Origin: an uncultured Hormoscilla sp.
GTDB lineage: Bacteria; Cyanobacteriota; Cyanobacteriia; Cyanobacteriales; Desertifilaceae
Reading direction: 5' to 3'
NCBI GenBank assembly: GCA_963921275.4
Contig: OZ001293.3
Location: forward strand, 5,824,001 to 5,888,000
Length of the DNA: 64,000 nt
Shown here one piece after another: positions 32,633-45,187 of this stretch. Both the position numbers and the translations under genes were made by a program. Positions within the stretch are counted from its first letter, which is position 1, and every line of letters starts with the position of its first letter. Below the pieces are notes generated by a model. It had not been told where the DNA came from, ran no database searches, and saw only the letters and a list, made by a program, of their open reading frames with translations.

Positions 32633-33410
32633 GAAATAGGTGAGAATGTTCGGGATGGTAGAGGCGCGATCGCCCCCCTTCTCGCTTCAAAGCAGGACTA
32701 ACCAGATAAAGCGTAGTCCGAATCAGATTTTCCCGCTGGGTAACAGCAGCCATTTCCGCCAAGGGCACCACCCATATTTTTTCATCTTGCCAACCCAAAC
32801 GGTAACAAATTGCCACAGGAGTATCCCCTGAATAATGTTGCATCAACTTTTCTTGCGCAGCTTCCACGTGACGCGCACTCAAATAAAGACACAAACTCGC
32901 CTTATGTGCAGCTAGGGATGCCAACTCTTCCGAGGGAGGTACACCCGAAGCACGGCCACTAATGCGAGTCAGAATAATTGTTTGCACCAATTCTGGTACA
33001 GTCAGCTCAACGGAGAGTTTCGCTGCTGCTAACTGGAAAGCACTAATTCCTGGGATAATCTCAAAGGCAATATCTGCCTCTGCTAGGGCTTGCATTTGCT
33101 CGTGCAGCGCACTGTAAAGACTAAGATCCCCAGAATGCAGGCGCACAACCGATCGCTGCTGCCGCACTCGTTCAATCATTACTGGTAAAATCTCTTCGAG
33201 AGTCTGATTTCCAGTACGAATAACCTCCGCATCAGCACGGACATTCCGCAAAATTTGCCTCGGCACCAGAGAGTTCGCAAATAAAATTACATCCGCGATC
33301 GCCATAATTTTTTCAGCCTTAACAGTCAGTAAATCGGGGTCTCCAGGACCTGCCCCCACAAAATATACTGCTGGTTCTAGATAATTTTCTTGCAATTGCC
33401 AAATCCCCAA
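32622..33410 (-). CDS. cobM: Precorrin-4 C11-methyltransferase
   Basis: VGAGPGDPDLLT, RLHSGDLSLYSA, ELTVPELVQTIILTR; exact start uncertain. Confidence 0.9.
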   Translation of the reverse strand: MGIWQLQENYLEPAVYFVGAGPGDPDLLTVKAEKIMAIADVILFANSLVPRQILRNVRADAEVIRTGNQTLEEILPVMIERVRQQRSVVRLHSGDLSLYSALHEQMQALAEADIAFEIIPGISAFQLAAAKLSVELTVPELVQTIILTRISGRASGVPPSEELASLAAHKASLCLYLSARHVEAAQEKLMQHYSGDTPVAICYRLGWQDEKIWVVPLAEMAAVTQRENLIRTTLYLVSPALKREGGRSRLYHPEHSHLFRGS

Positions 33411-33542
33411 TCTTTATAATCAATGCTGGACATGCTCTCTTCCGGAACAGAGCCAGCCTACCGAGTAGCTAACAATGGTAATGCACTCCGATGAAACCCT
33501 GGAGTTCATAACTCCAGGTTCTTTTTGTTTCTATCCCTCCCA

Positions 33543-34905
33543 TCAGATGTACACGCCGTATTCGATTTTATTGAGCAGTTTATCTACCTGTTGAGTTCCT
33601 GCATCGGTGTCCAATAGCTCAAATGGAATTGCCCCTGCCAATGCACGATTGGGTCTTTTCAGCCAGTTTCTTGCTGTATCGGCATTCTCGAATACATCTA
33701 GTGTACTTGCTAAGATACGGGCAATGCGATAGAGTCTGTCTGAAAAGATAGAGTCAAGAGGCTTGTTCTTTTGTTTGCGCCGTTCTAGGGCGTGTCATCA
33801 GTTAAGCCAAACAACAGTAGCAGCCAGGTAGATAGCACCCAAGAAATTCTGAGCCCTCTTATCGTAACGGGTGGCAATGGCTCGATATTGCTTGAGTTTG
33901 GCAAAAAAATTCTCAATCAAATGACGTGCTTTGTATAGATATTTGTCATAACGGCGTTGTTCTTTTCGATTGGATTTAGGCGGAATCACAGGTTCGCATT
34001 GCTGGGCTTCAAGACGTTTCAAAACCCGTTCGTCAGCATCAGAAGCTTTGTCTGCGAGTAACGCATCAGCCTTAATATTATCAAGTAACACATCAGCCCC
34101 TTCCAAATCGTGAGCTTGACCGGCTGTTAAATGAAAACCCATTGGGTTCCCCAATGCGTCACAGGTCGCGTGAATTTTGGTACTCAAACCCCCTTTACGG
34201 CGTCCGATGGCTTGGTCGCAATCTTTTTTTTTTGAGCACCTGCACTATGTTGATGAGCCCTTTATATCGTGGCATCAATCATCGCATATTCGTTATCGGC
34301 ATCGGACGCAAGTACCTTGAATACTCTTTCCCATACCCCGGATTTTGACCACCTACTATGGCGCGTATGAATTACCCTCAAGTCCCCAAATCGCTCGGGT
34401 AAGTCCCGCCAAGGTATCCCAGCTCTATATCGATACAAGACAGCATAGACAAATAAGCGGTTATCCTTAGCTGTCCCCCCCACATAACCCTCCCGACCTG
34501 GCAATAGGTCCCTGATTCTCTCCCACTGGTCATCTCTTAAAGCATAGCGACGCATTTCTCAAATTCTCCTGCTCTAACCTTTACCCTCTTAGATCACACC
34601 AATATATCCTGGTTGTCAACTCAATCATCTTGTTATATATTTTTGGTGGGGACCCATATCGTTAATCTAACTGATGACACGCCCTAGATCCCGATCGCTC
34701 GTTCCCAGGAAAGCTGCAAGTTATGCCTCATAAATGCCGCACTCTTGGGCAACTCGCCCCACAGAGACTATGGGAAACCCCTGACGGATACTGTTAACTA
34801 TCTTCAATTCTGGTGATAAAGCGGTTGGTTCTCTCTGTGGATTTTTTCTCACACCCAATATTTCATAAACTTTATTGTTTCCCGCAGCAACAGTGTTGAC
34901 CTAGG
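33543..34905 (-). pseudogene. Xre/MbcA-type antitoxin split by IS5, followed by a RES-toxin remnant (about 33415-33543)
   Basis: SDRLYRIARI...WLKRPNRALAGAIPFELLDT...IEYGVY on the left of the IS; N-terminal part on the right. Confidence 0.75.
33788..34684 (-). mobile_element. IS5-family (IS427-like) element; two-frame transposase with a nonsense codon at 34262
   Basis: Inverted repeats GGGCGTGTCATCAGTTA flanked by TA; GIPWRDLP, A10 slippery run, ATRYDK. Confidence 0.9.
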
Positions 34906-35318
34906 CATCTTGACATCCTCTAACTATACAGACAATGTTTTTAGTCGGTTTTAATCAGGTCTTGTACCATTTCCAACTAGCTAGTACCCTCCATAACTCG
35001 TTCCCAGTCTCAGACTGGGAACGAGTGTAAAAAAACCTTTCTCGACAATGTTTTCAGTCGGTATGTCAATTTTAACTCATATCTTGCACCTGTCGCAATA
35101 CCAGCAAGCCAGCAAATCGTCCCAACCGCGATTGACCAAGGCTTCGTCTTCGATGTGTTTAGCAAATTCTGCTAACATAAAATCGCAGGTTTGTCCGACG
35201 CGATCGCGTCCATGGGCGTTCCTATTGTGGATATACCACAGATGCGAGTTCCAGGATCTCCAGAAGTAGCAATTTTGGTTTAAAATGGTATAGCTTAGTA
35301 TTGCGATTGTCCTTGACT

Positions 35319-35872
35319 ATGCAGGCCACAGTTACCACGACAGCGCCAATTCCAGGCAACTACTGGAATTGGCGCGGGCACAAGATATATTATGTACGAG
35401 CAGGAGAACCTGATGGGCAGCGTCCGCCCCTGCTACTGGTGCATGGGTTTGGCGCTTCTACAGATCATTGGCGGAAAAATATCGCCCAACTGTCGGGCGA
35501 GTTCCAGGTTTGGGCGATCGACCTGCTAGGGTTCGGACGTGCCGCCAAAGCTAACATTGCCTACAGTGGCGATTTGTGGCGAGACCAACTGCACGACTTC
35601 ATCACAGAGGTCATCGGTCAAGCTGTTATCTTAGTTGGTAACTCCTTGGGAGAGAAAAGGTGGACGTACTGCTGGAACAGTTAACCAGTCCTCTCCTACT
35701 CCTCTGGGGAGAAGCGGACCCCTGGATCGACTGCAAACAACGCAGTGCGAGGTTTCGCCAACATTATCCTCAATTGACAGAACACTTTCTACGTGCCGGT
35801 CATTGCCCCCATGATGAGGTGCCCGACCAAGTCAATCACCTGATTCGTTCTTGGGCGATCGCCCACCTGTGA
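35319..35872 (+). pseudogene. Alpha/beta hydrolase with a large internal deletion
   Basis: HGFGAS and GNSLG joined out of frame to LLLWGEADPW...GHCPHDE. Confidence 0.8.
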
Positions 35873-36084
35873 CTGGCGATCTCCGAGCCGATGTAGGTGG
35901 GGTTTCGGACCTCAACCCCACCTACGGGGCGATCGTCACCTCTTTTAACCGGTTAAAAATAGAGGGCCTGCTGAATTAAGTCCGTTATTCGTTAATCTGC
36001 CAAATTTTTATCAAAACCGCGAAATTATTGATATGTAAGCGTTTCAGAGAATGGTTAGTACATTTTCGGTCCTTCGGTAGAAAT

Positions 36085-36105
36085 AAAATGTAAAAAAATG
36101 TTGCA
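36085..36105 (-). promoter_or_regulatory. Possible HLR1 (RpaB-binding) motif upstream of the hli genes
   Basis: Reverse complement reads GCAACATT-TT-TTTACATT, an imperfect HLR1 direct repeat. Confidence 0.35.
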
Positions 36106-36169
36106 AGTTGATGAGCAACTATGTTAACTTTAATTACAGAAGGTTGACATTCATGGATAGTTGTTAATC

Positions 36170-36316
36170 ATGGAAAACCAACAAAAAAGCAAGTTTGGCT
36201 TTACCGAGTTCGCGGAAACCTGGAATGGTCGTCTGGCAATGCTGGGATTGACGATCGGCCTGGCCACCGAGTTAATGACCGGTCAAGGCATCTTGTCTCA
36301 ACTGGGTTTGATGTAA
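36170..36316 (+). CDS. hli: High-light-inducible protein (HLIP), 48 aa, not in the ORF track
   Basis: FGFTEFAETWNGRLAMLG. Confidence 0.92.
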   Translation: MENQQKSKFGFTEFAETWNGRLAMLGLTIGLATELMTGQGILSQLGLM

Positions 36317-36392
36317 GTAAGTGGTTGGTAGTTCTTCTCTACCAACCACTGTCAAGAACTGTATTAGGTTAATATTAATAGGGAGTTGTGAA

Positions 36393-36536
36393 ATGGAAAA
36401 GCAAGAAAGCAAGTTTGGCTTTACTAATTTCACGGAAATTTGGAATGGTCGTCTGGCCATGTTGGGCTTGGCGATCGGCCTGGCCACCGAGTTAATGACC
36501 GGTCAAGGCATCTTGTCTCAACTGGGTCTAATGTAA
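36393..36536 (+). CDS. hli: High-light-inducible protein, tandem copy (47 aa)
   Basis: FGFTNFTEIWNGRLAMLG. Confidence 0.92.
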   Translation: MEKQESKFGFTNFTEIWNGRLAMLGLAIGLATELMTGQGILSQLGLM

Positions 36537-36749
36537 TCATCAGCCAGAGTCAAAAATTAAATAGTGTTGAGTTTAAGTATGCCTGTGGTAATTTTACCAT
36601 AGGCATTTGTGATGTTGAGGCGTTAATTATTCTCCGAGCAACCCAGAAACCAGGTTTCGCTCCTCTAACCCTTGTTTCTTAACTTTCACAACTAACCCAG
36701 AAATCCGATTTTTAAGTTTCACAAATGATGGGTAAGTGCTATATTAGTC

Positions 36750-36887
36750 GGCACTGGTTCAGCCTGATTAAAAAAATCATATCAATTCCTTGCCAGTCAA
36801 AGGTTTGACCGATTTTTTAACTAATCACCTCAAACCATGATGGTGTAGGGCATTCGAGCTTTCATTTAACTAGACTGAACCAGTGCC
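36750..36887. mobile_element. MITE (138 bp), copy 2, with a 9-bp target duplication
   Basis: TIR GGCACTGGTTCAG/CTGAACCAGTGCC; ATATTAGTC at 36741-36749 and 36888-36896. Confidence 0.9.
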
Positions 36888-36890
36888 ATA

Positions 36891-37550
36891 TTAGTCAACC
36901 CAACGAAATTGATAGGTAGAGTCAGTTGCGCCCCAGACCTGATTTCCTTGGGCGTCAAAACCCCGGTCTGTGGTATCCATCCCCTCTGAATGGAGTATAA
37001 TCCGATTGGTTATCTTCACGGCACCTCGATAATTGGTGGGACAACCGCCTGGTTGGGTCTCGCCAATGTAGCGATCGCCTTCTGGGGAAAGAAACACGCT
37101 ACAAATAGGATTGCCGATCTCGCTGCTGCTGACAACCCGTTGTGGTTCGGGTCGGTTGCACAAACCCACCAAGTGCGCTGGGGAAGGGGGCTTAAAGGAT
37201 CGAGATTCAACTACAGTATCCGCATTACTGGGGGTAAGGCGCAAAAATCGCTGTCGATAAGGCCGATCGAGCTTTTTCTGTAAGGCTTGTTCTTGATAGA
37301 GAAAAATCGAGTCAGGACTATTAAGTTCGCCATTCTCTGTATGAACTGTAACTTGGCAAGTAGTCATCTTGACGTTGGGGGCTTTGCTATTTGCCGCCGC
37401 CTGGGCCGAAGTATCCATTACTCCTACCAGATGAGTCGCTACTTCGTCAAGGTGACGATCGACGGGCACCGACTGGGTGCAAGCGGTCAAGAGATGAAAG
37501 CAGGTGAGAGCCCCGATCGCCCATCCTGCTAATATACTTTTTTGTCTCAT
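36891..37550 (-). CDS. CpcT/CpeT family chromophore lyase-like protein
   Basis: LYQEQAL...PYRQRFL, DRGFD..GNQVWG. Confidence 0.82.
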   Translation of the reverse strand: MRQKSILAGWAIGALTCFHLLTACTQSVPVDRHLDEVATHLVGVMDTSAQAAANSKAPNVKMTTCQVTVHTENGELNSPDSIFLYQEQALQKKLDRPYRQRFLRLTPSNADTVVESRSFKPPSPAHLVGLCNRPEPQRVVSSSEIGNPICSVFLSPEGDRYIGETQPGGCPTNYRGAVKITNRIILHSEGMDTTDRGFDAQGNQVWGATDSTYQFRWVD

Positions 37551-37643
37551 GCTCCCAAAACAGCCTGATATAGCAGCTTTGATTATCTGGCAAATTGCGC
37601 TTAGATGAAAGTAAGTAATGCTCATCATCACAAGGAACCCGCC

Positions 37644-38525
37644 ATGAACCTTAAAGCTATAGTACGACTGCTAAAAGAGACTGTGCCTGAATGGCAAAAG
37701 GATAAAGTGCCGATATTGGCGGCAGCTTTAGCCTATTATACCGTATTCTCCCTCGCTCCCCTGCTGATTCTCGTCATTGCGATCGCCGGTTTCGCGATCG
37801 GTCAAGAAGCGGCGCAAGAGCGGTTGGTAGGTGAAGTGCAAAACCTGATTGGTGCCGAGGGGGCGGCATCGATCCAAAATCTGATCCAAAATAGCTACCA
37901 ACCCAAATCTGGTATCCTGCCCAGCATTCTGGCGATCGCCACTCTGCTCTTCGGGGCCACGTCGGCCTTTGCCCAGCTGAAAGAAGCACTGAATATCATC
38001 TGGCATGTCGAACCGCAACAGCAACGGGGGGGCATCATTGGCTTTATCTTAACCCGTGTTTTCTCCTTTCTCATGGTGCTGTCGATTGGCATTTTACTGT
38101 TGCTGTCCCTGGTACTCAGTGCCGTGTTGACAGGAATTAGTAACTGGTTAGAACATTGGCTGATTATACCAGCTTTTGTCTGGCAACTCGGCGATCTGAC
38201 GATTTCCTTCGGGTTGGTAACCCTGCTATTTGCTCTGATATATCGCTTCTTGCCAGATGTTAAAATTGCCTGGAGCGATGTGTGGATCGGATCTGCCATC
38301 ACTTCGCTGCTGTTTACTCTGGGCAAGAGGGCGATCGCCCTATATCTAGGCCGTAGCACTGTCGGGTCTGCCTATGGTGCCGCTGGTTCTTTCGTCATCA
38401 TCCTGCTATGGGTTTTTTATTCTGCTCAAATTCTCCTGTTTGGCGCAGAATTTACCCAAGTTTGGGCAAACATCTATGGTTCTAGGATTCGATATAGCAG
38501 CAGACGGAGAAAGAACGCTCGATGA
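37644..38525 (+). CDS. YihY/BrkB family membrane protein
   Basis: AAALAYYTVFSLAP, YGAAGS, LLFGAEF. Confidence 0.9.
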   Translation: MNLKAIVRLLKETVPEWQKDKVPILAAALAYYTVFSLAPLLILVIAIAGFAIGQEAAQERLVGEVQNLIGAEGAASIQNLIQNSYQPKSGILPSILAIATLLFGATSAFAQLKEALNIIWHVEPQQQRGGIIGFILTRVFSFLMVLSIGILLLLSLVLSAVLTGISNWLEHWLIIPAFVWQLGDLTISFGLVTLLFALIYRFLPDVKIAWSDVWIGSAITSLLFTLGKRAIALYLGRSTVGSAYGAAGSFVIILLWVFYSAQILLFGAEFTQVWANIYGSRIRYSSRRRKNAR

Positions 38526-38592
38526 AAAACTCTTGCAGTTTGGCGATGTAGTGGTAAAATCGGCTATTGTCCTTGGATTCTAGAGTAAACGA

Positions 38593-39231
38593 ATGGCAAT
38601 TTATTTAGACTCGGCCTCAGTTAGGGAAGCAGAAACAGCCGTAGAAATGGGATGGATTAAAGGTATTACCACAAATCCAACGCTGTTGGCAAAAAGCGGT
38701 TTACCACCAGGAACAACCCTACAAAAATTAGCGGAAATTAGCCCCGGTATGCTTTATTATCAACTCACGGCCTCTGATTTAGAAGAGATGCTAGTAGAAG
38801 GGCGGGCAGCTTATCATATGATTGGGGAGAAAACCATGTTGAAGATTCCGGCAACTGCCATGGGTTTTCAGGCGGTGGCCCGTCTGTCACCGGAAATTCC
38901 CTGTGCGGTGACGGCGATTTATAGCCCCGCACAGGCCCTAGTGGCACGGGAGGCGGGGGCAAAAGAGGCGATCGCCTATGTGAACCGGGCCACGCGACTG
39001 TTGGGTGATGGTTTGGCATTGGTGCGGGAGATGGCAACTGTTCTCAAAGATAGCAAAACAGAAATTCTAGCAGCAAGTATCAAATCCCCAGAAGAAGCAG
39101 TAGCAGCATTGCAAGCAGGGGCGGATCATTTAACAGTACCCTTGAGTTTATTGCAGGAGATGACGACCCACAAGTTATCCGAGGAAACTGTGGCTGATTT
39201 TGCTGAAAATGGACGGGGAATCTTAGGATGA
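38593..39231 (+). CDS. Transaldolase / fructose-6-phosphate aldolase family protein
   Basis: YLDSA, GITTNPTL, KIPAT, ILAASIK. Confidence 0.88.
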   Translation: MAIYLDSASVREAETAVEMGWIKGITTNPTLLAKSGLPPGTTLQKLAEISPGMLYYQLTASDLEEMLVEGRAAYHMIGEKTMLKIPATAMGFQAVARLSPEIPCAVTAIYSPAQALVAREAGAKEAIAYVNRATRLLGDGLALVREMATVLKDSKTEILAASIKSPEEAVAALQAGADHLTVPLSLLQEMTTHKLSEETVADFAENGRGILG

Positions 39232-39694
39232 TAATGGAGAATAACGAATTATTAATTGCTGTTCGTTAAGTCTCACGGCCAGCAAGGGGTTGAAACCCCC
39301 GCTTAATGTGTCCTCTTGTTGGAGGAAGGGAACAGGCAACAGGCAACAGGGGCGACAGCGACGGCGGGGGGATCCAGCAGAGCCGAACAACATCTCCTGA
39401 TGCCCCTTGGTGGTGCTCCCCCAAAGCTTGGATGCGCCCGTCGCCATAACCCTCCTCCGGTTAAAGCCGTCCGCGAAAAGCTCAAGTCAACGAAGCGTGG
39501 ATTAAACGCTTTCTATATAAGGTTTTCAGTCTGTTTTCAACCGACTTCAGCTAAAAGCCTTAGGGTTTGAACCCTCGGTGTATCGTGGGTAGTGCGAGTA
39601 GCGCTCCCACGATACACCGAAGGCGGCCATGAGGCTAATCTCCAATGGTGCAAGATCTCAGTTTTAACCGACTTGTTGAGAATGCCACAAGATA

Positions 39695-40567
39695 TCAATT
39701 TATCTGTGAACCCGTATTTTTATTGGACGCGGAGACAACATCTGGAAGAGGGCGACGCCGCAAGTAAAGCCAACTTAAACCGGCCACACCTAGCCCTATC
39801 GCCAGCAAACTGACAACTTGAGCAATGCGCAAAGATCCCAGCATCAGACTATCAGTGCGCAAGCCCTCAATCCAGAAGCGACCCAAGCTGTAGGATATCA
39901 TGTAAACTAAAAACAACGTCCCCAGTTTCAGACGCGGCTTTCCCCGCAAACCCCGAAAGAATAAAGTCAGCAGTAACCCAAACACCATCAAATTCCACAG
40001 GGACTCATACAGAAAAGTGGGATGGAAATATTCAAAATCAATATATTCCAGGGGACGGAGATCGGGAGGAATAAACAGTTTCCAGGGCAAGTCCGTCGGG
40101 CCTCCGAAAGCTTCTGAGTTGAAAAAATTACCCCAACGCCCGATCGCCTGACCGAGAATTAAAGAAGGAGCGACCAGATCCGCCAATTGCCAAAAGGGAA
40201 TGCGATTTAGGCGGGCAAAAATCAACGAAGCAATTATCCCCCCGATAATAGCTCCGTGAATCGCAATGCCACCCTTCCAAATAGCAATGATATCCCCAGG
40301 GTGCTCAGCATAGTTTTGCCACTGGAACAGCACGTAGTAAATGCGGGCGCAGGGAATAGCGCCAATCACCAGCCAAACAGCCAAATCCCCTAGCAGTTCT
40401 GGGTCAACCTGGCGGCGCGATGCCAGATACTGGGACAGAAATAGCCCAATCAACACAGCTGAGGCAATCAACAGACCGTACCAACGCAGCACAAATGGCC
40501 CCAACTTCAGGATCTCAGAACCTGGAGAGGTAAATGTGAAAGACAGAATAGAAGTATTTAGTATCAT
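39695..40567 (-). CDS. lgt: Prolipoprotein diacylglyceryl transferase
   Basis: [29 protein letters not shown]. Confidence 0.95.
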   Translation of the reverse strand: MILNTSILSFTFTSPGSEILKLGPFVLRWYGLLIASAVLIGLFLSQYLASRRQVDPELLGDLAVWLVIGAIPCARIYYVLFQWQNYAEHPGDIIAIWKGGIAIHGAIIGGIIASLIFARLNRIPFWQLADLVAPSLILGQAIGRWGNFFNSEAFGGPTDLPWKLFIPPDLRPLEYIDFEYFHPTFLYESLWNLMVFGLLLTLFFRGLRGKPRLKLGTLFLVYMISYSLGRFWIEGLRTDSLMLGSLRIAQVVSLLAIGLGVAGLSWLYLRRRPLPDVVSASNKNTGSQIN

Positions 40568-40603
40568 TTGGGGAAGGACAATCACCAACAACCATCATTG
40601 CAC

Positions 40604-41659
40604 ATGTCTACTATCCCCATTGTTGCTCATCGGACCCTGGAAACTGACAGAGAGCCACTGTTGGGCGCGTCTTTAGATGAATTGACAGCTTGGGTGCAGC
40701 ACCAGGGGCAACCGGCTTATCGGGGACGGCAACTACACCAGTGGATTTATCAACAGGGGGCGCGTACCCTCCTAGACATCTCAGTTTTCCCCAAGCAATG
40801 GCGGGAAACCCTGGCAGATTTCCCCATTGGGCGTTCCACTATTGGCCACCGAGTACAAGCACCCGACGGCACCATCAAGTATCTCCTGCAACTGGCAGAT
40901 GGTCAAATTATCGAAACCGTTGGCATCCCCACCGACAAGCGCCTCACCGTCTGCGTCTCTTCCCAGGTGGGCTGTCCGATGGCCTGCGACTTTTGCGCTA
41001 CGGGTAAGGGAGGCTGGCAGCGAAATCTGAAAAGTCATGAAATTATCGACCAGGTCTTGACTGTCCAAGAGGACTTTCAGCGACGAGTCAGCAATATCGT
41101 CTTTATGGGTATGGGGGAACCTTTGCTAAATATGGATAACCTGCTAGCTGCTGTCAGGTCACTTAACGAAGATGTGGGCATCGGACAGCGGTTAATGACC
41201 ATCTCCACCGTGGGTATTCCCGGACGTATCCGCGCCCTCGCTGCTGAGAAACTGCAAGCTACCCTCGCCGTTAGCCTCCACGCCTCTAACCAACAGCTAA
41301 GGGAACGTCTTATTCCCAGTGCGAAACCCTATGGTTTAGAACAGCTATTAGCAGAATGCCGGGAATACGTGCAGCAAACCAACCGTAGAGTCACCTTTGA
41401 ATATATCCTGCTAGCTGGGGTGAATGACTTGCCCGCACATGCCGAAGAACTCGCCCGACATCTGCGGGGGTTCCAAACTCACGTCAATCTGATTCCCTAC
41501 AATCCGATTGGCGACGCCGATTACCAGCGTCCGGGGCGTCGCCGAATTCGCGCTTTTGTTAAGGTATTGACAGAGCAACATATTGCGGTGAGCGTGCGCT
41601 ATTCCCGGGGACTAGCAGCTGAGGCCGCTTGCGGTCAGCTGCTAGTCTCTCAGATTTAG
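40604..41659 (+). CDS. rlmN: 23S rRNA m2A2503 methyltransferase
   Basis: [29 protein letters not shown]. Confidence 0.95.
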   Translation: MSTIPIVAHRTLETDREPLLGASLDELTAWVQHQGQPAYRGRQLHQWIYQQGARTLLDISVFPKQWRETLADFPIGRSTIGHRVQAPDGTIKYLLQLADGQIIETVGIPTDKRLTVCVSSQVGCPMACDFCATGKGGWQRNLKSHEIIDQVLTVQEDFQRRVSNIVFMGMGEPLLNMDNLLAAVRSLNEDVGIGQRLMTISTVGIPGRIRALAAEKLQATLAVSLHASNQQLRERLIPSAKPYGLEQLLAECREYVQQTNRRVTFEYILLAGVNDLPAHAEELARHLRGFQTHVNLIPYNPIGDADYQRPGRRRIRAFVKVLTEQHIAVSVRYSRGLAAEAACGQLLVSQI

Positions 41660-41868
41660 CCACCCCAGTATATACCGGGAGCGTAAGCCTCTACCACTTT
41701 ACCCGTCAGAGAGCAGGTAATCATCAGGTAGTCACAGACTGGGCATTCCGTCCGAGTCTGCCGGTTGTTGGTCAGATAGTTGCGTTCAGCATGGGAACCG
41801 CAGTTGGGGCATCGAATTGCTTGTGTTGTCTGCATTTTATTATCACTCGCTTTTACTATGGTGGTCAA
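41656..41868 (-). CDS. Small conserved cyanobacterial zinc-ribbon protein
   Basis: CPNCGS..ER...[10 protein letters not shown]. Confidence 0.75.
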   Translation of the reverse strand: MTTIVKASDNKMQTTQAIRCPNCGSHAERNYLTNNRQTRTECPVCDYLMITCSLTGKVVEAYAPGIYWGG

Positions 41869-42525
41869 AAAAGTTATCGATGCGATTGATTAACATTCAT
41901 CAAAAATAGTTAACAAAACGGAACTCCAACTCGCCAATTCCCGGAGAATCAGTGAGTAGAGACTCGGGCGAGGTTATTTTGACATTATATGCTTTTCCTG
42001 CATGGTTTGCCATCACTGCACATCCTGGGGATCGCTTTTATAGTCAGCGATCCCCAGGATGTTAATTCCCGCTGCCTGCGGGGGTTTGCGCCATTTTCCC
42101 CCGTGAGAGCGGGCCTCCTATTCCCTTATTTCTGGGCCAAGTTAACATAAAAATTTGGATATCTTTACATAAATTTATATATAATTGTAGAGGTTGGCTA
42201 AACTGGAAACACCGCCTCGGCAGATATCAATTATAATTAGCTAGTCGATAGAATTTGATCTAAATCCCCGAGCGAGAAATAAGCGCGATATGCTGCGCAG
42301 TCCAACGGGGACCGGGTGCTCTACAACGCAATGGCCTTGGTTTTCGGGTTTTATGGGGATAGCCGGAAACTCCCTGCCCCCAGCGAGTTGACCAATTATT
42401 CTATCTCAAATCTAAAATTGCTATAACAGAACCGGCGAATATCTAGTGCGCCGCGATCGAAAAGTATTCTAGATTACAAAAAAACAGTTTTTAATTAGAG
42501 AAGCTAATCATCTGACTGCATCACC

Positions 42526-45090
42526 ATGAACTGTCATAGTCAAAATACCCCCAGCATTAGCGAAGTGTCGGAGAGTCCCTTTTTCACCCTGTCGTCGGAG
42601 CTGCTGTGCATTGCCGGTGGAGATGGTTATTTCCGGGAACTCAACCCAGTCTGGGAAAAAACATTTGGTTTTACCAACTCTCAACTGCAAGCTAGTCCTT
42701 ACACCGAATTTATCCACTCCGAAGACCGAAAGGCCACTATTGAGGCGATCGTCTCTCTGTCAACGGGATCTCAGACAAGCTGTTTTGAGCATCGCTTTCG
42801 CTGTCAAGATGGTTCCTATAAGTGGTTGTCCTGGAAAGCATTGCCCTTACAGAGGGATTTTGGTATGCTCACGCCCACGACATCACCTCCTGCAAGCAAG
42901 CAGAAGCAAAATATCGCAGCATCTACGAAAACGGCGTCGAAGGGATCTTCCAAACCACGCCCGACGGACATTATATCAGGGCTAATCCCGCCCTCGCTCG
43001 TATCTACGGCTACGCCTCAAGCTCCCAAATGCTCGAGGCCTTAACTGACATCGAGCATCAACTATATGTTGACTCCAACCGCAGGACCGAATTTCGTCGC
43101 TTGCTACAAGAAAACGATATTGTCTCGGACTTTGAATCAGAAGTTTACTGCCAAGATGGCAGCATAATTTGGATTTCCGAAAACGCCCGCAGCGTCCGAG
43201 ACGAAGAGGGCAACCTGCTTTACTACGAGGGTTTCGTTGAAAATATCACAGAGCGCAAACAAGCGGAAGCCGAACTAGAACAGTCCCTTTCCCTATTGCG
43301 TGCCACCCTAGAATCAACAGTTAATGGCATTCTGGCAGTTGATTTAGAGGGCAAGGCGATCCCCTACAACCAAAAGTTTACCGAGATGTGGGACATCCCC
43401 TCTGAGATTCTGAATCAGCAGTCCGTGGGCGACAGACTCAGGTTGATGATGGCACGAGTAAAAGACCCCCAAGCCTTTATTGCCAAGGTCAACTCATTGT
43501 ATGACAACCCAGAAGCAGAAGGCTACGACATCCTGGAATTAATAGACGGCTCCATCATCGAGCGCTACTCCCTACCCCAGCGGATCGGAGCCAAAATAGT
43601 GGATCGCGTATCCAGCTTTTGGGACATCACCGAACGGCAAAAAATCGAGCGCATGAAAAACGAATTTGTCTCAATGGTGAGTCACGAACTGAGAACCCCC
43701 CTGACTTCGATTCGCGCTTCCCTGAGTCTGATTGTCGGTGGTGTCGCTAGCGAAATTCCCCCCCAGGCAAAAGCCCTAGTGGAGATTGGTTATAAAAATA
43801 GCGAACGCCTGGTGCTGCTGATTAACGACATTCTGGATATCGAAAAGATTGAATCGGGCAAAATGGACTTCTCTCTGGAGCCGGTTAAACTTATACCTTT
43901 AGTAGAACAGGCAATTGAAGCGAATATTGCTTATGGTGAACAGTTTGGCGTCAAGTTTAAGTTACATAATGATTTAAGCAATGTCAAGGTATTGGTAGAT
44001 AGCGATCGCCTGATGCAAGTGCTCACCAACCTCCTGTCTAACGCCGCCAAATTCTCCCCTCAGAGGGAAACAGTAGCGATCGCCGTTTCTCGTGAAGATC
44101 GAAAGATCCGAGTGGAAGTACGCGATCGAGGCCCGGGCATCCCAGAAGCGTTCCGACCGAAGATTTTCCAGAAATTCGCCCAAGCTGACTCTTCAGATAC
44201 CCGTCAGAAAGGAGGCACTGGCTTAGGCTTAAGCATTAGTAAAGCGATTATAAAAAAACTCGGCGGACAGATAGGCTTTGAAACCGACACAGGTGCAGGC
44301 ACAACCCTATACTTCCTCCTAACTGAATGGCAGCAACTGCCGCCCCTTGAAGACCAGCGCCCAGATCCAGCACCGCTGCGCATCCTGATCTGCGAAAACG
44401 ATCGCGACACGGCCAAGCTGCTGAGCCTGATGCTGTCCCAAGGGGGCTTTGACACCGACATCGCCTACAGTGGAATGGAGGCCAAGCAGCTACTGGCGCA
44501 ACCGGACACCATCCCCTACGCGGCCATGACCATAGATTTAGCGATGCCAGACACTGACGGAATTTCCTTGATCCGCGAGTTGCGCCAACATGAGAATTTC
44601 CGTCACCTGCCGATCGTAGTTGTTTCGGCCAAAGCACAACAGGAGGTTTGCCGTCATCGACTGGCTAGATAAGCCCATAGATCAAGGGCGTCTGATCGCA
44701 GCAGTGAAGCAAGCAGCCCTGCACAGAGCAGATAGCAAGCCCCGCATTCTCCATATTGAGGACGATGCGGACGTGTTGCAAGTAGTCTCAGTCATCTTGG
44801 GTGATGTGGCAGATATTAGTCATGCAGTCAATCTTCAAGATGCTCAACAACAGCTAGCCACCCAAACCTTTGACCTAGTAATTCTCGACTTGGAGTTGCC
44901 CGACGGTTCTGGGTGGGAATTACTGCCCCAGCTGAAGTGCCAGTCGAAATCGCCAGTGCCGGTTGTGGTGTTCTCGGCCCAAGATGTCGGTCAGGAAACG
45001 GCCCGCAAAGTGGCAGCTACATTGGTGAAATCTCGCACATCCAATCAGGACCTACTTGATACAATTAAATCTTTGATCGCTAACGGCTAA
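42526..45090 (+). pseudogene. Multi-PAS hybrid histidine kinase with two frameshifts (about 42850 and 44640)
   Basis: PAS repeats, SHELRTP, GGTGLGL and two REC domains spread over three frames. Confidence 0.82.
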
Positions 45091-45187
45091 TGGTTAATAG
45101 CGCAGCGTGTTCCCAGACGTTGCCTGGAAACGAGGCTAATGGCAATCAACAATGTACAATTTAAAATTTATAATTTACAATGAACAA

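Noticed and set aside
34224..34264. IS5 as an active programmed-frameshift transposase
   Set aside because: A stop codon at 34262-34264 precedes the slippery run
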